DNA of 64,000 bases, taken from positions 62,186,001-62,250,000 of the forward strand of contig NC_042998.1 in assembly GCF_006345805.1 (NCBI RefSeq). Reading direction: 5' to 3'. A program made the translations under genes and the position numbers. Below are positions 1 through 13,210 of the stretch, one piece after another. The notes beneath the pieces are model-generated. The model was not told the DNA's origin and ran no database searches. It saw nothing but the letters and a program-made list of their open reading frames with translations. The stretch is from Octopus sinensis (Eukaryota). Position 1 is the first letter of the stretch, and every line of letters begins with the position of its first letter.

Positions 1-127
1 GGTGTTGGTGTGTTCGATAGAAAAAAGAAAAAAACCCAACAGAATAAGTATCAGGCTTTTTGACAAAAACAGGGGTCAGTTTGTTCGATTAAAAATTCTT
101 CAAGATTATTACTGTTTAATGACTTAA

Positions 128-347
128 CCCTTTTGTTTCCAACCCAGCTGAAACCAGCTCTGGCTCTGTAGTACAAATGCCTTGTTTTCATAAGTTTTGA
201 ATTAAAATCTCCCACCAAACCTTAGTCACAATTTATGTTCTAACACTAGCTGAATGACAACTGAGTTATTTTACTAAATTCTTTGTTATATTTAAAGTAA
301 TTAAAAGAAATACAGAGCATCTCGAAATAAATACAGTAATGAAAGGG
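128..347. mobile_element. piggyBac-like MITE (TTAA TSD)
   Basis: TTAA|CCCTTT...AAAGGG|TTAA; a near-identical copy is at 31989. Confidence 0.85.
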
Positions 348-385
348 TTAAAGCAAGAAAAATGATAGATCTCTTTCTTTTCTTT

Positions 386-700
386 TTACTTGTTTCAGTC
401 ATTTGACTGTGGCCATGTTGGAGCAAATCGATCCCAGGACTTATTCTTTGTAAGCCTAGTACTTATTCTATCTGTCTCTCTTTGCCGAACCACTAAGTTA
501 CAGGGACGTAAGCACACCAGAATCGGTTGTCAAGCAATGTTGGGGGGAACAAACACAAACACACAAACATATACATATATATATATATACATGACGGGCT
601 TCTTTCAGTTTCCATCTACCAAATCCACTCACAAGGCTTTGGTCGGCCTGTGGCTATAATAGAAGACACTTGCCATACAGTGGGACTGAACCCGGAACCA
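386..700 (-). mobile_element. SINE family A, head truncated
   Basis: Tail and centre match family A. Confidence 0.8.
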
Positions 701-1380
701 TCTATTCACTTTAAACAATTACCCCACTGAAAAATTATTAAATGAAATAACTAATTGGCTAATTAATTAGTTGTTTGATTAATTGTTTGGTCAATCAATC
801 AGCTGAGTTTGTCAAAGTCCTTTCATCACCATTCTTGACTTCTTGAATTACATGCCTTCGCTACTCCAAGTTTGTTTCAAGTCTGTCTCTTTGTTTTTAC
901 TCTCTCACACGCACACATTCACACTCTTTCTCTCTCATACACCCTCCTGACATTCTCGTTCATATCCGTTCGACAATATAAATATTGGTTTCGAATTGTG
1001 GCACAAGGCCAGCAATTTCGGGAGAGTGACTAAGTTGGTTAGATTGATCCCCCAATATTCAACTGGTATTTTATCAACACTGAAAGGCTTAAAGGCAAAG
1101 TTGAACTTGGTGGAATTTGAATTCAGAACATAGAAACAGACAAAATGCTGTTAAGCATTTCCCCCAGTATGCTAATGATTCTTCCAGCTCATCGCCTTAA
1201 CAACAAATGAATATTGATCCCGCAAATTTAGAGAGAGAGAGAGAGGGGCAAACCTGAAGCAGATCTGGAATAGAGAGGGCATGTCATTGATGCAGTCACA
1301 AATGACAATGAAAGGACTTTGATAAATCTAGCTGATTGATTGATTGATTGACAGAATAATTAATCAAACAATCGATTAGT

Positions 1381-1773
1381 TACATTATTTATATTATTTA
1401 CATTTGATGGATATTTGTCCTCATCTTGTTTGTTGTTAACACATTTCAGCTGATATACCCTCCAGCCTTCATCAGGTGTCTTAGGAAAATTTAAAACCTG
1501 GGTTCTCATTCCTAAGGTATTTTTCGATGTTGTTGTTATTATTATTGTTGTTGTTATTATACAGGGTGACCTGAATAATAATAATAATAATAACATTGAA
1601 AAATACCTTAAGAAATAGAACCTAAGTTTGAAATTTCCCCAAGACACCTGATGAAGGCTGGAGTGTATATCAGCCGAGATGTTGTGTTAACAACAAACAA
1701 GATGAGGACAAATATCTGTCAAATGTAAATAATGTACATAATTCCTCATCTGTTAAATAAATATAGAACTGCA
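1381..1773. mobile_element. Palindromic tRNA-head/hammerhead (Penelope-type) element, inverted pair with both heads deleted
   Basis: Arm 1381-1560 (-) and arm 1568-1773 (+) are reverse complements joined at cag-g-gtgacctg. Hammerhead core is degenerate in both arms. Confidence 0.85.
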
Positions 1774-1831
1774 TTATCTAATTGATTAGTTAATTATTTA
1801 AATAGTTAACAATTGACAAATAAAAGTAAAT

Positions 1832-2562
1832 GAGAGACAACTGCACTGGTATGGTCATGTGGCGAGAATGGATGAGGATAGCTGTGAGAAAAAGTGCCAC
1901 ACCCTAGTGGTTGAGGGAACCTGTGGAAGAGGTAGTCCCAGAAAGACTTGGGATGAGATGGTGAAGCATGACTTTCAAACATTAGGCCTCATTGAGGCAA
2001 TGACTAGTGATTGAGACCTTTGGAAATATGCTGTACTTGAGAAGACCCAGAAAGCCAAGTGAGACCATAACCTGTGGCCTATGCCAGGGGTGTAACCAGC
2101 CCACTTATGCGTACCTTTCCTTCATTGGACACTAAACTCTGCTTGAGGCAAGTGAAATCAAAATCAAATTCAATGACTGGCATCTGTGCTAGTGGAGCGC
2201 TAAGAGCACCTGACTGGCACATAAAAAGCACCATTTGAGCGTGATCTTTACCAGTGTCACCTTACTGGCACATGAAAAAACATTCAAGTGAGGTCGTTGC
2301 CAGTGCCGCTGGACTGGCTCCTGTGCAGGTGGCATGTAAAATACACCATTGCCAGTACCGCTTGATTGGCCCTCGTACTGGTGGCCGTAAAAGCACCCAC
2401 TACACTCTCGGAGTGGTTGGCATTAGGAAGGGCATCTAGCTGTAGAAACTTTGCCAGATCAGATTGGAGCCTGGTGCAGCCATCTGGTTTGCCAGTCCTC
2501 AGTCAAATCATCCAACCCATGCTAGCATGGAAAGCGGATGTAAAAAGATGATGATGGTGATG
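1832..2562 (+). mobile_element. 5'-truncated RTE-clade LINE (ORF C-terminus, 3' UTR minisatellite, (GAT)n tail)
   Basis: Translates ERQLHWYGHVARMDEDSCEKKCHTLVVEGTCGRGSPRKTWDEMVKHD, the typical RTE C-terminal motif, followed by the gtggcacgtaaaaagcacc-type repeats and the ggttggcattaggaagggcatc block. Confidence 0.9.
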
Positions 2563-4522
2563 AGTGAAATGGAACCAGATTATTGGTACATTGACCCTCC
2601 AGTCCACATCAAAAATCTTGCAGACCAAATGCTAAAACGAAATAAACAAACAGGATGTGTGACATAATTAGATAACTCATTAGTCTGCTAAATTAGTTTA
2701 AAGTTAATCTATCTTTGTTTTGTTTGCACTAATTAGTTTTTACATTAAATAATTTGTCTTCAGTTGTGCAGTTCTGTTTTTGTAACAAATTTTTAGCCAG
2801 TTCCTGTATTTTTGTTGTCTTTCTTGTAACCACCTGAGTCAGTGGAGATTCTTACTACTGCTGTGATTTAATGTCTTTCACCATAGGCAGATGCAGTGGG
2901 TATGAATGAGTAGCAAAGTAGGATGTGACTGTGACATACATGCCTTTCTCAACACATTAATAAGTATAATTAAAATACCAACAGACAATATTAACTATAT
3001 CGTTTTCATTTTAGGATATTTTGCCTCTCTTTACTTTGCAATATATTAATAAACAATAATTGGTGTGTTACCCTTGCAATAATTCATGCTAGACTCCTTA
3101 TGCAATATACGGCTATAGAGTAATTTGCTGTATCTCTTAGAAATGAACTCATTTATAAGACTGTATAGTTTTATACATATTTAGGTGCAGTTATAGCTGT
3201 GTGGTTAAGAAGCTTGCTTTCCAGCTATGTAGCCTTGAGTTCAGTCCTGATGTGAGTCACCATGGACAAGTGTCTTCTACTGTAACTTCAAGCCAACCAA
3301 ATTCTTGTGAATGGGTTTGCTAGATGGAAATTGAAAGAAGCCCTGAAGTGTGTTTGGGTGTAGCTTTGTCTTGATGTCATGTGATGACTGTAAATGAACA
3401 TCGTCATCATACAAGCAGTGTTGTTTTGTTGTTTTCCATGGTTTAATGTTACCCTTCTTTGAAACACATGAGGGTTGACAAAAGAGAGGGCATCTGGCTT
3501 TAGAAAATCTACTTCAACAAATTCCACCTAACCCATGACAGCATGGAAAAGTGGATGTTAAACAATGAAGATGACTACAACTTACTTCCTGAAATGTATT
3601 AAGGGGCTCCTGTGTCGATGGCATGTAAAAAGCACCCACTACACTCTTGGAGTGGTTGGCATTAGGAAGGGCATCTGGCTGTAGAAACATTACCAGATCA
3701 GATTGGAGCCTGGTGCAGCCCACTGGCTTGCCAGACCTCAGTCAAACCGTCCAATCTATGCCAGCATGGAAAGCAGACATTAAATGATGATGATGATGAT
3801 GTTCATACTTACAGAAGAAAGCAATGAAAAGGCTTTTCAGCTATCATTGATAAATTATGTTGCAGTTGTATATAAATATATTGATAAATTGTTTGGTAGC
3901 TTCAGACTGCCTTACTCTACACAAATAAATAAACCTGTAACCTTGAAATAACCAAAGACAAAATTTTAAAAAAAATAATCAATTGACATCTCCAGCTGTT
4001 GCTATCTTGTCATTGCTGTGGAACATGTTGTAACATTTAGGTGAAAGTATCATGTTGTTCCAGTCCATTCAACTGGCAAAAATGAGTAGAACCTGTATTT
4101 CAAAATGCTAGCCTTGTCCCATTCTGTGTCCGGCTGAATATCCCTGAGAACTACGTTACGGGTACATGTGTCTCTGGAGTACTCAGCCACTTGCACATTA
4201 ATTTCATGAGCAGGCTGTTTGTGAGCCCATTGCATAGCACCTTGATTGAACATGTCTTCTCATATACACTCAAGCTGATCAGTGCTTTGGGTGAAATTTC
4301 AAAGATGGAAACTGTATAGAAGTCTGTTATATGTATATATATATATTTGTGTTAGTGTATGTGTGTGTGTCTGTTATCACATTGATACCATTTGAGCATC
4401 AGTGAATGTCTGTATCCCACAAACAATATTTCTGCTAGCTTGACAGTTCGATGTGTGAAGATGTACCTTCTTTGAAAATGTTATGGGTTAGTGGTATCCA
4501 TTGTAGAATACTACCCTGAAAG

Positions 4523-4677
4523 CAGGGATGGCCTGAGAGTATTAAGGGCCCTCGGGTATAACTGTTTATCGGGCCCCTTAGCATTGATTTAGTAGAGTTA
4601 ACAGGAAGAGTGCGGACCTCTCAGAGCTCTGGGCCTTTGGGCAGTGCCCAATTGACTGATGCCTCAGTCTGCCCCTG
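4523..4677. mobile_element. hAT-like MITE
   Basis: CAGGG...CCCTG ends; 8-bp TSD cctgaaag/cctggaag (7/8). Confidence 0.7.
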
Positions 4678-4757
4678 CCTGGAAGCCTCATCCAGTGTAT
4701 GCTGGCATAGGAAAACAAAACAAAAATGGATATAAAAAGGATTATGACAGTCTAAGA

Positions 4758-4926
4758 CAGGGGCTCCAAACCTTTTTAGACCATTGACCCTTTCATGGAA
4801 TCCTTGACTCCCTCATCAACCCTCAGGCATGTACAAGAAAATAAATAAGTAGATGTGGATTTGTCGACCCCTTGAATAGTCCCATCAACCCCCAGGTATT
4901 GATATCGACCACTTTGGAGACCCCTG
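4758..4926. mobile_element. hAT-like MITE
   Basis: CAGGGGCTCCAAA...TTTGGAGACCCCTG; TSD gtctaaga/atctaaga (7/8). Confidence 0.8.
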
Positions 4927-5416
4927 ATCTAAGATTAAACACACATCCCATATTATAAGGGCAGATTGTTTAAAAGAGATTTGGTTGTTTCATGAAGCAA
5001 ATTGAGGAAATTTTGGGAACCTGTGTTGTGCCTTGTCTGTCATTTGTTGTTTAGGTGTAGAGTTCATGTTTGGAGTGTCAGTGGGAATACTAGTTCACAT
5101 GTGGTCCCCAGTCACATGCATACACTCTTTGGGATAGTGTGATCTGTAAGGGCTCATCTTGTTGTTGATTGTCGACTGTCACACAGGATTCACTGACCAA
5201 GTCGCCACCAATTATTGGAGCAGCCATAGCCTGGGTTTGAAGCAGGTGGTACCCATGCTAGTTAATCCATAGCTGGGATCCTAACAGGTGCTACTACTTA
5301 GGGTCAGAGTAGACCTGGAAACAATAGTGGCCAAGACATGGTGTCACTCTCCACAAAACCCTGGAAGTCCCATACCAAGGCCCTACTACCAGATGCAGTT
5401 TTAAGTATTACTCAGG

Positions 5417-5474
<58 letters not shown>

Positions 5475-6067
5475 GAGGGAGGGGCTCCAAAAGGGGTCTC
5501 AGGGAGTAGTGTCTGAGCCTTCCTGAGTTAGTTTTCAACATTTCTTAAAAATTGTGGTAGAGGCCTTGGTCTTGGAACCACTTGTGTCTAGAAACTCAGG
5601 TTGAGGTAAGCAAGGGCATGCTCCCTGTAGAAAGTCCAACTCCAAAAAAAGCCTCGTGATAGCAAAGGAGAATGGGCACCAGCCGGCCCAAAGGTTGGGG
5701 TGGGCTGCACCTGCCTGCCTTGGTTGCTATGCCATTGAGGTAGATCCAGCCACCCCAGTTAACGGGGACAAAACCCAGATTTAAATAATGGATGATGATG
5801 ATGATGATGATAAAAGCAGAAAATGAACACCTGCCGGAGGGGAGTAACATGTATGGTATGCTGGATTTGTCACTAGTTTTATTCATTTCTCAGTCTGTTG
5901 AAACTAATATAAAAACTAAAATAGTTAACTTACTAGGAAACCTGCCATTTAGGTGGTGTCCTTGTCATTAGTTTGGAAGTTGACGTGGTTAGCATTATCA
6001 ACCCTTACAGTTACACTATTATTCATTCTGATGAAAGAGAAGCAAAATTAAAACAAATTGCTGCATC

Positions 6068-6428
6068 ATTACCTCTGCCTTAGTGAAGGCAAAGGTATTG
6101 TTTTCAGTCGTGTTTGTTTGTTTGTCCATGGACAAGATATCTCAAGAACTGCTGGATGGATTTGGGTGAAACTTTCAGGGATGTTTGGCCTCATGACTAG
6201 CACAAACTGATTAGATTTTGGGATCAATCTGGTACTGGACAAGGATTCTGGATTATTTCCCTGTTTTTTTTTTAACTTAATTTTTGAGAGCAGTTTTTAG
6301 TATTCTCGTTTGTGAGAGCAGTCAAGTTTGTTTCAGATATTCTCATTTTAAAAATTATCTCTGGCTAATCGTTGAGAGGACGTTGGTGTTGACTTGGCGG
6401 AGGTTTGTGCTCTCCAAGTGCTCTTGCT
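6068..6428 (+). mobile_element. Helentron/DINE-1-like non-autonomous element
   Basis: Subterminal inverted repeat acctctgcc / ggcggaggt, (GTTT)n after the 5' end, and a short 3' hairpin gtgctctccaagtgc. Confidence 0.6.
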
Positions 6429-7938
6429 ATCAATGTTTTAATGTCCATTTGTCCATGCTTAAATGGGTTGGATGGAGTTTATTGGAATATTTATTCTATG
6501 GCTGTGGACATTAAACGATGATGATGATGCCCTTTCTGTCATCACTGACCCATACCTGTTTCCAAGCAGGGTAATATTCTCCCATAGCCAGGCATTTTCT
6601 CATGGAATATTTGAAAGGAAGGTAGTGAGCTGGGAAAATTGATAGCACGTTGGGAAAATGCTTAGTGGCAGTTCATATTCTGCCAAAGTCCTCTTTGCCT
6701 TTCAGCCTAGTGGGGCCAATAAATAAATACCAGTTGCAATCAGTTTGATCCTGCCCCCAAAACTGCTGGCCTTGTGCCAAAACTTGAAACCAATATTTGA
6801 AATTAATCACTCTAACATTCATTTACAACTATTACACACTGTCAAAACAAGGTGACCCCTAAATCCTTACACACACGCAAACTTATGTATAATCCTTTCT
6901 ATTTTTACATGTTCTTTCACACTCAACTGCTTTTTCGTTGACTATTATACCTAACTTACTCATTTTTATTAGATTTTGCCACTATTTATTGATTTTGTAG
7001 CTTTTCCTTTGACCTGATTTTGTTTTCTCATTTTTTTCACAAACTGTGTTTTCTTTGCTGTTTTATCCAATTTTTTCCTTCCCATGCTTCCCTCTCACCT
7101 GTATCATATTCACACCTATTTACCTCCCACCCATCACTTTTTATCTCATTCTTGCACATCTCTACACATCCCTATCTAACCACCCACACCACATACTATT
7201 TACACACCTCCCCCTATGTCCATCTCCCTACATGAAATATGCTCCTATACAACAACACCCCCACCTCTTCTTCTCTTCCTTAGTGTCGCCTGACTGGCTC
7301 CCCTGTCGGTGGAATGTAAAAAGCACCCACTACACTCTCAGAGTGGTTGGCATTAGGAAGGGCGTCCAGCTGTAGAAACCTTGCCAGATCAGATTGGAGC
7401 GTGGTGCAGCCTACTGGCTTGCCAGTCCTCAGTCAAACCGTCCAACCCATGCCAGCATGGAAAATAGATGTTAAACAATGATGATGGTGATGATGAGTTT
7501 TTTCCCCTGGCCCCTAAACATTTTTTTCTGTCTTTTTCCCTACTTTCTCCTTTTCTGGATTTTCTGATAAAGAATTATCATCTGAAATGTTAATGACCCT
7601 TGCCTTTCAAGAATTATGCTAACACCTTTAATCTTATTGCATCATGGTCCCAGAATAGCGAAAAAAACCTAAACGTGATTTCTATTACTGTCCTATTAAA
7701 GCAGTAATGAACAACATGCACGGAAAAAGATAAAATGCTAAAAATAGACAACTGATCACATTGCAGCTTTGTAATCAAGTGTGTTGATGACTCAGTGTTA
7801 AGGGTGTTCCCCATAGCAGTTGTTTACTTGTGTTTTTAATCGAAAAAGAACTTCCTTTTTTTTTTTTTGCAATGAAACAAGCATGTAATGAACCCAGCAC
7901 TTTGTCTGATAAACAAGTAAAGCCCAGACTCTTTACAG

Positions 7939-8212
7939 TCTGAGAGGGTTAAGTTAGACACAGGCCCAGGTCTGAGAGGGATAAGTTAGTCACGGGCCAA
8001 GGTCTGAGAGGGTTAAGTTAGATGCAGGGGCCCAGGTCTAAGAGGGTTAAGTTAGTTACAGGCCCAGGTCTGAGAGGGATAAGTTAGTCACAGGCCCAGG
8101 TTTGAGAGGGTTAAGTTAGTCACGGGCCCAGGTCTGAGAGGGTTAAGTTAGATGCAGGGGCCCAGGTCTAAGAGGGTTAAGTTAGTTACAGGCCCAGGTC
8201 TGAGAGGGTTAA
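7939..8212. repeat. 32-34 bp minisatellite, about 8.4 units
   Basis: Consensus tctgagagggttaagttagtcacaggcccagg. Confidence 0.95.
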
Positions 8213-9310
8213 AACTTGTCTGTTGTGTTTTTCTTGTTTTCACTCTTTAATCATACTTTTACTTGTTTCAGTCATTAGACTGTGGCCATGCTGGAGGTAC
8301 TGCCTTGACGAATTTTTAGTCGAATGTATCAATCCCATGTATACTATGAACTTTCAGTTTCTATCTACCATTTGCACTCACAAGGCCCAGGGTTATAGAG
8401 GAAAGACACTTGCCCAGGGTGTCACACAGTGGGATTGTACCTGGAACATGTAGTTGGGAAACAAGCTTCTCGACCACACACCTTGTCTGCCCTATTAGGA
8501 ATGAGAAAGTAAAGACCCTTTTTAAATGATATCTTTATATCTATACCTTAATATAAAATATACATATAGCAGTCAAATTTCACTTAAGTTGCACCCTACT
8601 GTATTGCAAAATGGAGAGACACATTAGATAATGTAGTTCTAGATGTATAATGTCTGAGGACAAGATAGTCATGGCTGGAAGGCTTTTGATGATGGGTCTG
8701 TTTCGGTCAGAGCTGATCTACAACTACAACAACACACACATGCATGTATATTTGTATATCTGAGACCTTTTGCGATATACCATGCATGAAAAGATCAGTC
8801 AAGTGAGATCACAGTTGTGGCCAATGCCGGTGTTGTGTAACTGGTACCCATGCCAGTGCCACAGAAAAAGCACCCACTACACTCTTGGAGTGGTTGGCGT
8901 TAGGAAGGGCATCCAACCATAGAGAACATAGATCAGACTGGAACCTGGTGCAGCTCCTCAGCTTACCAGTTTGCAGTCAAACTGTCCAACCCATGCCAGC
9001 ATGGAAAGCAAACATTAAACGATGATGGTGTGATTATGATGGTAACATCAAACGTTACTTCAGTTGGCGATGCATTTTATATGCTGGACTGAAAGCATTC
9101 CCTGGAGACTTTTCACGAGTTGGTTACTCATTGTCGCAAATATTTCATAATGAATATTTTATATCTTGATTAATTCCTGCAATTAATCTCAAGAGACAAA
9201 AAGAAAATAAACAGCTATAAATAAGCTTTCTTCTTGTCCGGGGCTACTAACGAAGAAGGGTGTGGCCATTTGATATATAATTTCAGCTACAGCATTGATA
9301 ATATTTGAAA

Positions 9311-10458
9311 ATCATCATCATCATCATCGTCGTTTAACGTCCGTTCTCCATGCTAGCATGGGTTGGACGGTTCGACCGGGGTTCTGGGAAGCCAGAAGGC
9401 TGCACCAGGCTCCAGTCTAATTTGGCAATGTTTCTACAGCTGGATGCCCTTCCTAACGCCAACCACTCCGTGAGTGTAGTGGGTGCTTTTTACGTGCCAC
9501 CTGCACAGGTGCCAGGCGGGGCTGGCAACGGCCACGGTCAGATGGTGTTTTTTATGTGCCACCGGCACGGAAGCCAGTCGAGGCGGTGCTGGCATCGGCC
9601 ACGAGTCGGATAGTGCTTTTACGTACCACCAGACCAGGGATCCTGGCTGGTTCAATTCGATTTCGATTTCGCTTGCCCCAACATGTCTTCACAAGCAAAG
9701 GGGGTTGGCAAGGGTGCCTGTCGTACGGTCGCATTGGAGTATTTACGTGCCACGGCCACGAGTCGGATAGTGCTTTACGTACCACCAGACCAGGGATACT
9801 GGCTGGTTCAATTCGATTTCGATTCGCTTGCCCCAACATGTCTTCACAAGCAAAGGGGGTTGGCAAGGGTGCCTGTCGTACGGTCGCATTGGAGTATTTT
9901 ACGTGCCACGGCCACGAGTCGGATAGTGCTTTACGTACCACCAGACCAGGGATCCTGGCTGGTTCAATTCGATTTCGATTCGCTTGCCCCAACATGTCTT
10001 CACAAACAAAGGGGGTTGGCATGGGTGCCTGTCGTACGGTCGCATTGGAGTATTTACGTGCCACGGCCCGAGTCGGTCGATAGTGCTTTTTACGTACCAC
10101 CAGGCCAGGGATCCTGGCTGGTTCAATTCGGTTTCGATTTCGATTTCGATTTCGCTTGCCCCAACATGTCTTCGCAAGCATGGGGGGTGTTGGATGGGTG
10201 TCTGTCGTCGGATGAGGTTCTATATCGACTTCGCTTGCCTCAACCGGTCTTTGTGTCCAAGGAGGAAAGGCATTCATAAGTGGGCTGGGCTCACTTGTCC
10301 TGCCTGGTCTTTCTCAGTTACAGAATATTTCCAAAGGTCTCGGTCTCTGGTAATTCCTCAGTGAGGCCTAAAGTTCGAAGGTCGTGCTTCACCACCTCGT
10401 CCCAGGTTTTCCTGGGTCTACCTCTTCCACGGGTTCCCTCAACTGCTAGGGATTGGCA
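9311..10458 (-). mobile_element. Young 5'-truncated RTE LINE with expanded 3' UTR tandem array
   Basis: Minus strand CQSLAVEGTRGRGRPRKTWDEVVKHDLRTLGLTE; CpG-rich; about 156-bp unit repeated about 3.8 times (9596-10170); (GAT)n tail at 9311. Confidence 0.92.
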
Positions 10459-10665
10459 AATATTTTTTTAGAAACATGAAAACGGAAACTAATACTTTTT
10501 TTTTTTTTTTTTTAAACAGTAGAAGTGAAGTAGATAAAGCTGTAAACAATAGCTTATAAAATATTGGGTTAAAAAGCCTTCAGATAGAAAAAAGCAACCT
10601 TCAACTTTTCTATCCAAACAGTTTTTAATCCACTATGTACATGCCATTGTTTAAAGCTTTATCTA

Positions 10666-11025
10666 CAGGATGAGTCAAAAGTCTCCATACATAGGAAAAT
10701 TTTTTTTTTTTTATAAGAAACGGTTTATAAGATCCCCTAGATTACCTGATCTGACCCCTCTTGATTCCTATCTTTGGGGTCATTTGAATAGCATGGTGTA
10801 TTGCAGAAAGATAAAAGACATAAATCATTTGTAGGAATGCATCACTAACTCATTTCACACGTATCACCAGATGTGCTATTATTGCAAGGAGTGGGGTAAA
10901 CGTCTTGCACTGTGTATTCGAAACAATGGTAACCATATAGAGACTGTTAAAAAAACTGTTGTTATAAACTGTTTCACATAAAAAGATAAATTGTTCCTAT
11001 GTATGACGACTTTTGAATCACCCTG
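10666..11025 (+). mobile_element. Tc1/mariner-superfamily deletion derivative with transposase C-terminus
   Basis: TA|CAGGATGAGTCAAAAGTC...GACTTTTGAATCACCCTG|TA; internal frame RSPRLPDLTPLDSYLWGHLNSMVY...WGKRLALCIRNNGNHIE. Confidence 0.88.
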
Positions 11026-11246
11026 TACTTTGAGTTCAAGAAATTATTTCATGTCCCCCTAGAGGGTCTAAATTTCCATGACATAAAACAATAATGCATT
11101 TGTTGATGCTATGTCAGCAAAGACATGGCTATGAAGTTTCTTTCTCAATCACATGTTCAGTTCCATTGTGTGGCACCTTGGGCAAGTGTCTTCTGTTATA
11201 GCCCAGGACCAGATAGTGCCTTGTGAATGGATTTTGTAGACAGATG

Positions 11247-11297
<51 letters not shown>

Positions 11298-11899
11298 TAC
11301 ATATACACAGGGTACTATAGATAAATTGTCGACATTTTATATTTTTAATTTCACGCATGCACATTGTTTTGGATTTTGTCCACTATACAGTATAGTAGGG
11401 TCAGTTGAGCACTGTCTGTGAGAAAAACAGCACCATGACACAATTAACTCTGCCAGAAATTTGGACACTACAGTATGTACTGCTTGGCATTTACATCAGG
11501 AACTCCAATATGAACATTTCAGAGTGTGTTTCGGTATCAATCTGAAGACATATACCAAGAGCAATAAAAATCAAGCATCCAGTCAATACCATGGTGTTAG
11601 GAGTGATCACTAGTGATAGTGACGTTATATCACCCTTCATCTTCCCACACACTCTCAGACAAGTACATGTGCATGCATGTGAATAGGTGTCAACAATTGT
11701 CACTATCATACAAGTGGTCCTCCCCCCATTTCTAATCCTCCAAGGAAAATGTTTGGCCATGGAGAAATCTTACTTTCTTTGGAAACAGGTAAATGTTGAC
11801 AACATGAAGAACATCTAGTTGTAGAGAATCTGCCTCCGCAAATTTTGCCTGACCTGTACAAACCTGAAAAATTGGATGTTGAAATGATAATATATTTAA

Positions 11900-12391
<492 letters not shown>

Positions 12392-12410
12392 TAACTTCAA
12401 AAACTTAAAT

Positions 12411-12802
12411 TACATTATTTACATTTGATGAATATTAGTCCTCATCTTGTTTGTTGTTAATACAACGTTTCGGCTGATATACCCTCCAGCCTTCATCAGG
12501 TGTCTTGGGGAAATTTCAAACCTGGGTTCTCATTCCTAAGGTATTTTTCGATGTTGTTATTATTATTCAGGTCACTGTCTGGAATTGAACTCGGAATCTT
12601 GGGGTTAGTAGTCCGCGCTCTTAACCACTACGCCATATACTTATGAATGAGAACCCAGATTCGAAATTTCCCCATGACACCTGATTATGGCTGGAAGGTA
12701 TATCAGCTGAAACGTTGTGTTAATAACAAACAAGATGAGGACAAATATCCATCAAATGTGAATAATGTACATAATTCCTCATCTCTTAAATATAGAACTG
12801 TA
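12411..12802. mobile_element. Palindromic tRNA-head/hammerhead element: minus arm with head, plus arm headless
   Basis: Minus arm 12411-12638 has A box TGGCGTAGTGG and B box GAGTTCAATTCC; plus arm is 12646-12802. Candidate TSD TTAAATTAC at 12405-12413 and 12803-12811. Confidence 0.88.
12461..12504 (-). ncRNA. Minimal type I hammerhead ribozyme motif (best preserved copy)
   Basis: Minus strand reads gacac-CUGAUGA-A-GGCUGG-agggtata-UCAGCC-GAAA-C-GUU-guau. Core and stem II are intact, stem III is the palindrome AACGUU, and stem I has one mismatch. Confidence 0.8.
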
Positions 12803-13210
12803 TTAAATTACCTGTCATTAACATGTTCTTTGTACAGGCACATTGATTTCCCCTCAACTGACGATCCAGTACTTCTTTTAATCCAAACTTGATCATATGT
12901 GAGGGGATTTATTTCCCTTAGCTATTATAAGCTTTTTCTGCTGCCAAGCCTTCATGACACAAATTTGTTTTATTTGCTAATAACATATTAGAAGGGCTGA
13001 AACACTCTCCTTACATCAAACTATAATAATCCTTTTTACTATCTGTACAAGGCCTGAAATTTTCAAGGGAGCAGTTAAGTCGATTACATCAACCCCACTG
13101 CACAACTGGTATTTATTTCATCTATTCTGAAATTGACCTTGGCAGAATTTAAGTTCAGAATGTAAAGGGAGACAAAACACTAGCATAACTGTAATAATAA
13201 ATATTCCTAC

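Noticed and set aside
7939-8212. Telomeric repeat or piggyBac end array (gggttaagttag)
   Set aside because: No tandem TTAGGG and no paired CCCT terminus; an ordinary minisatellite.
9552-10279. Longest ORFs (241, 198 and 175 aa; similarly 26049-26661)
   Set aside because: Open frames produced by GC-rich tandem repeats in several frames, with no protein signature.
11227-11421. Many short ORFs with YIYIY or HTHT runs across the window
   Set aside because: Translations of (TA)n and (CA)n microsatellites.
12570-12638. tRNA gene (also heads of SINEs A and B)
   Set aside because: The acceptor stem is incomplete and the sequence is fused to repeat bodies; these are SINE-type heads, and the parent tRNA (Asn, Ser or Arg-like) is unresolved.
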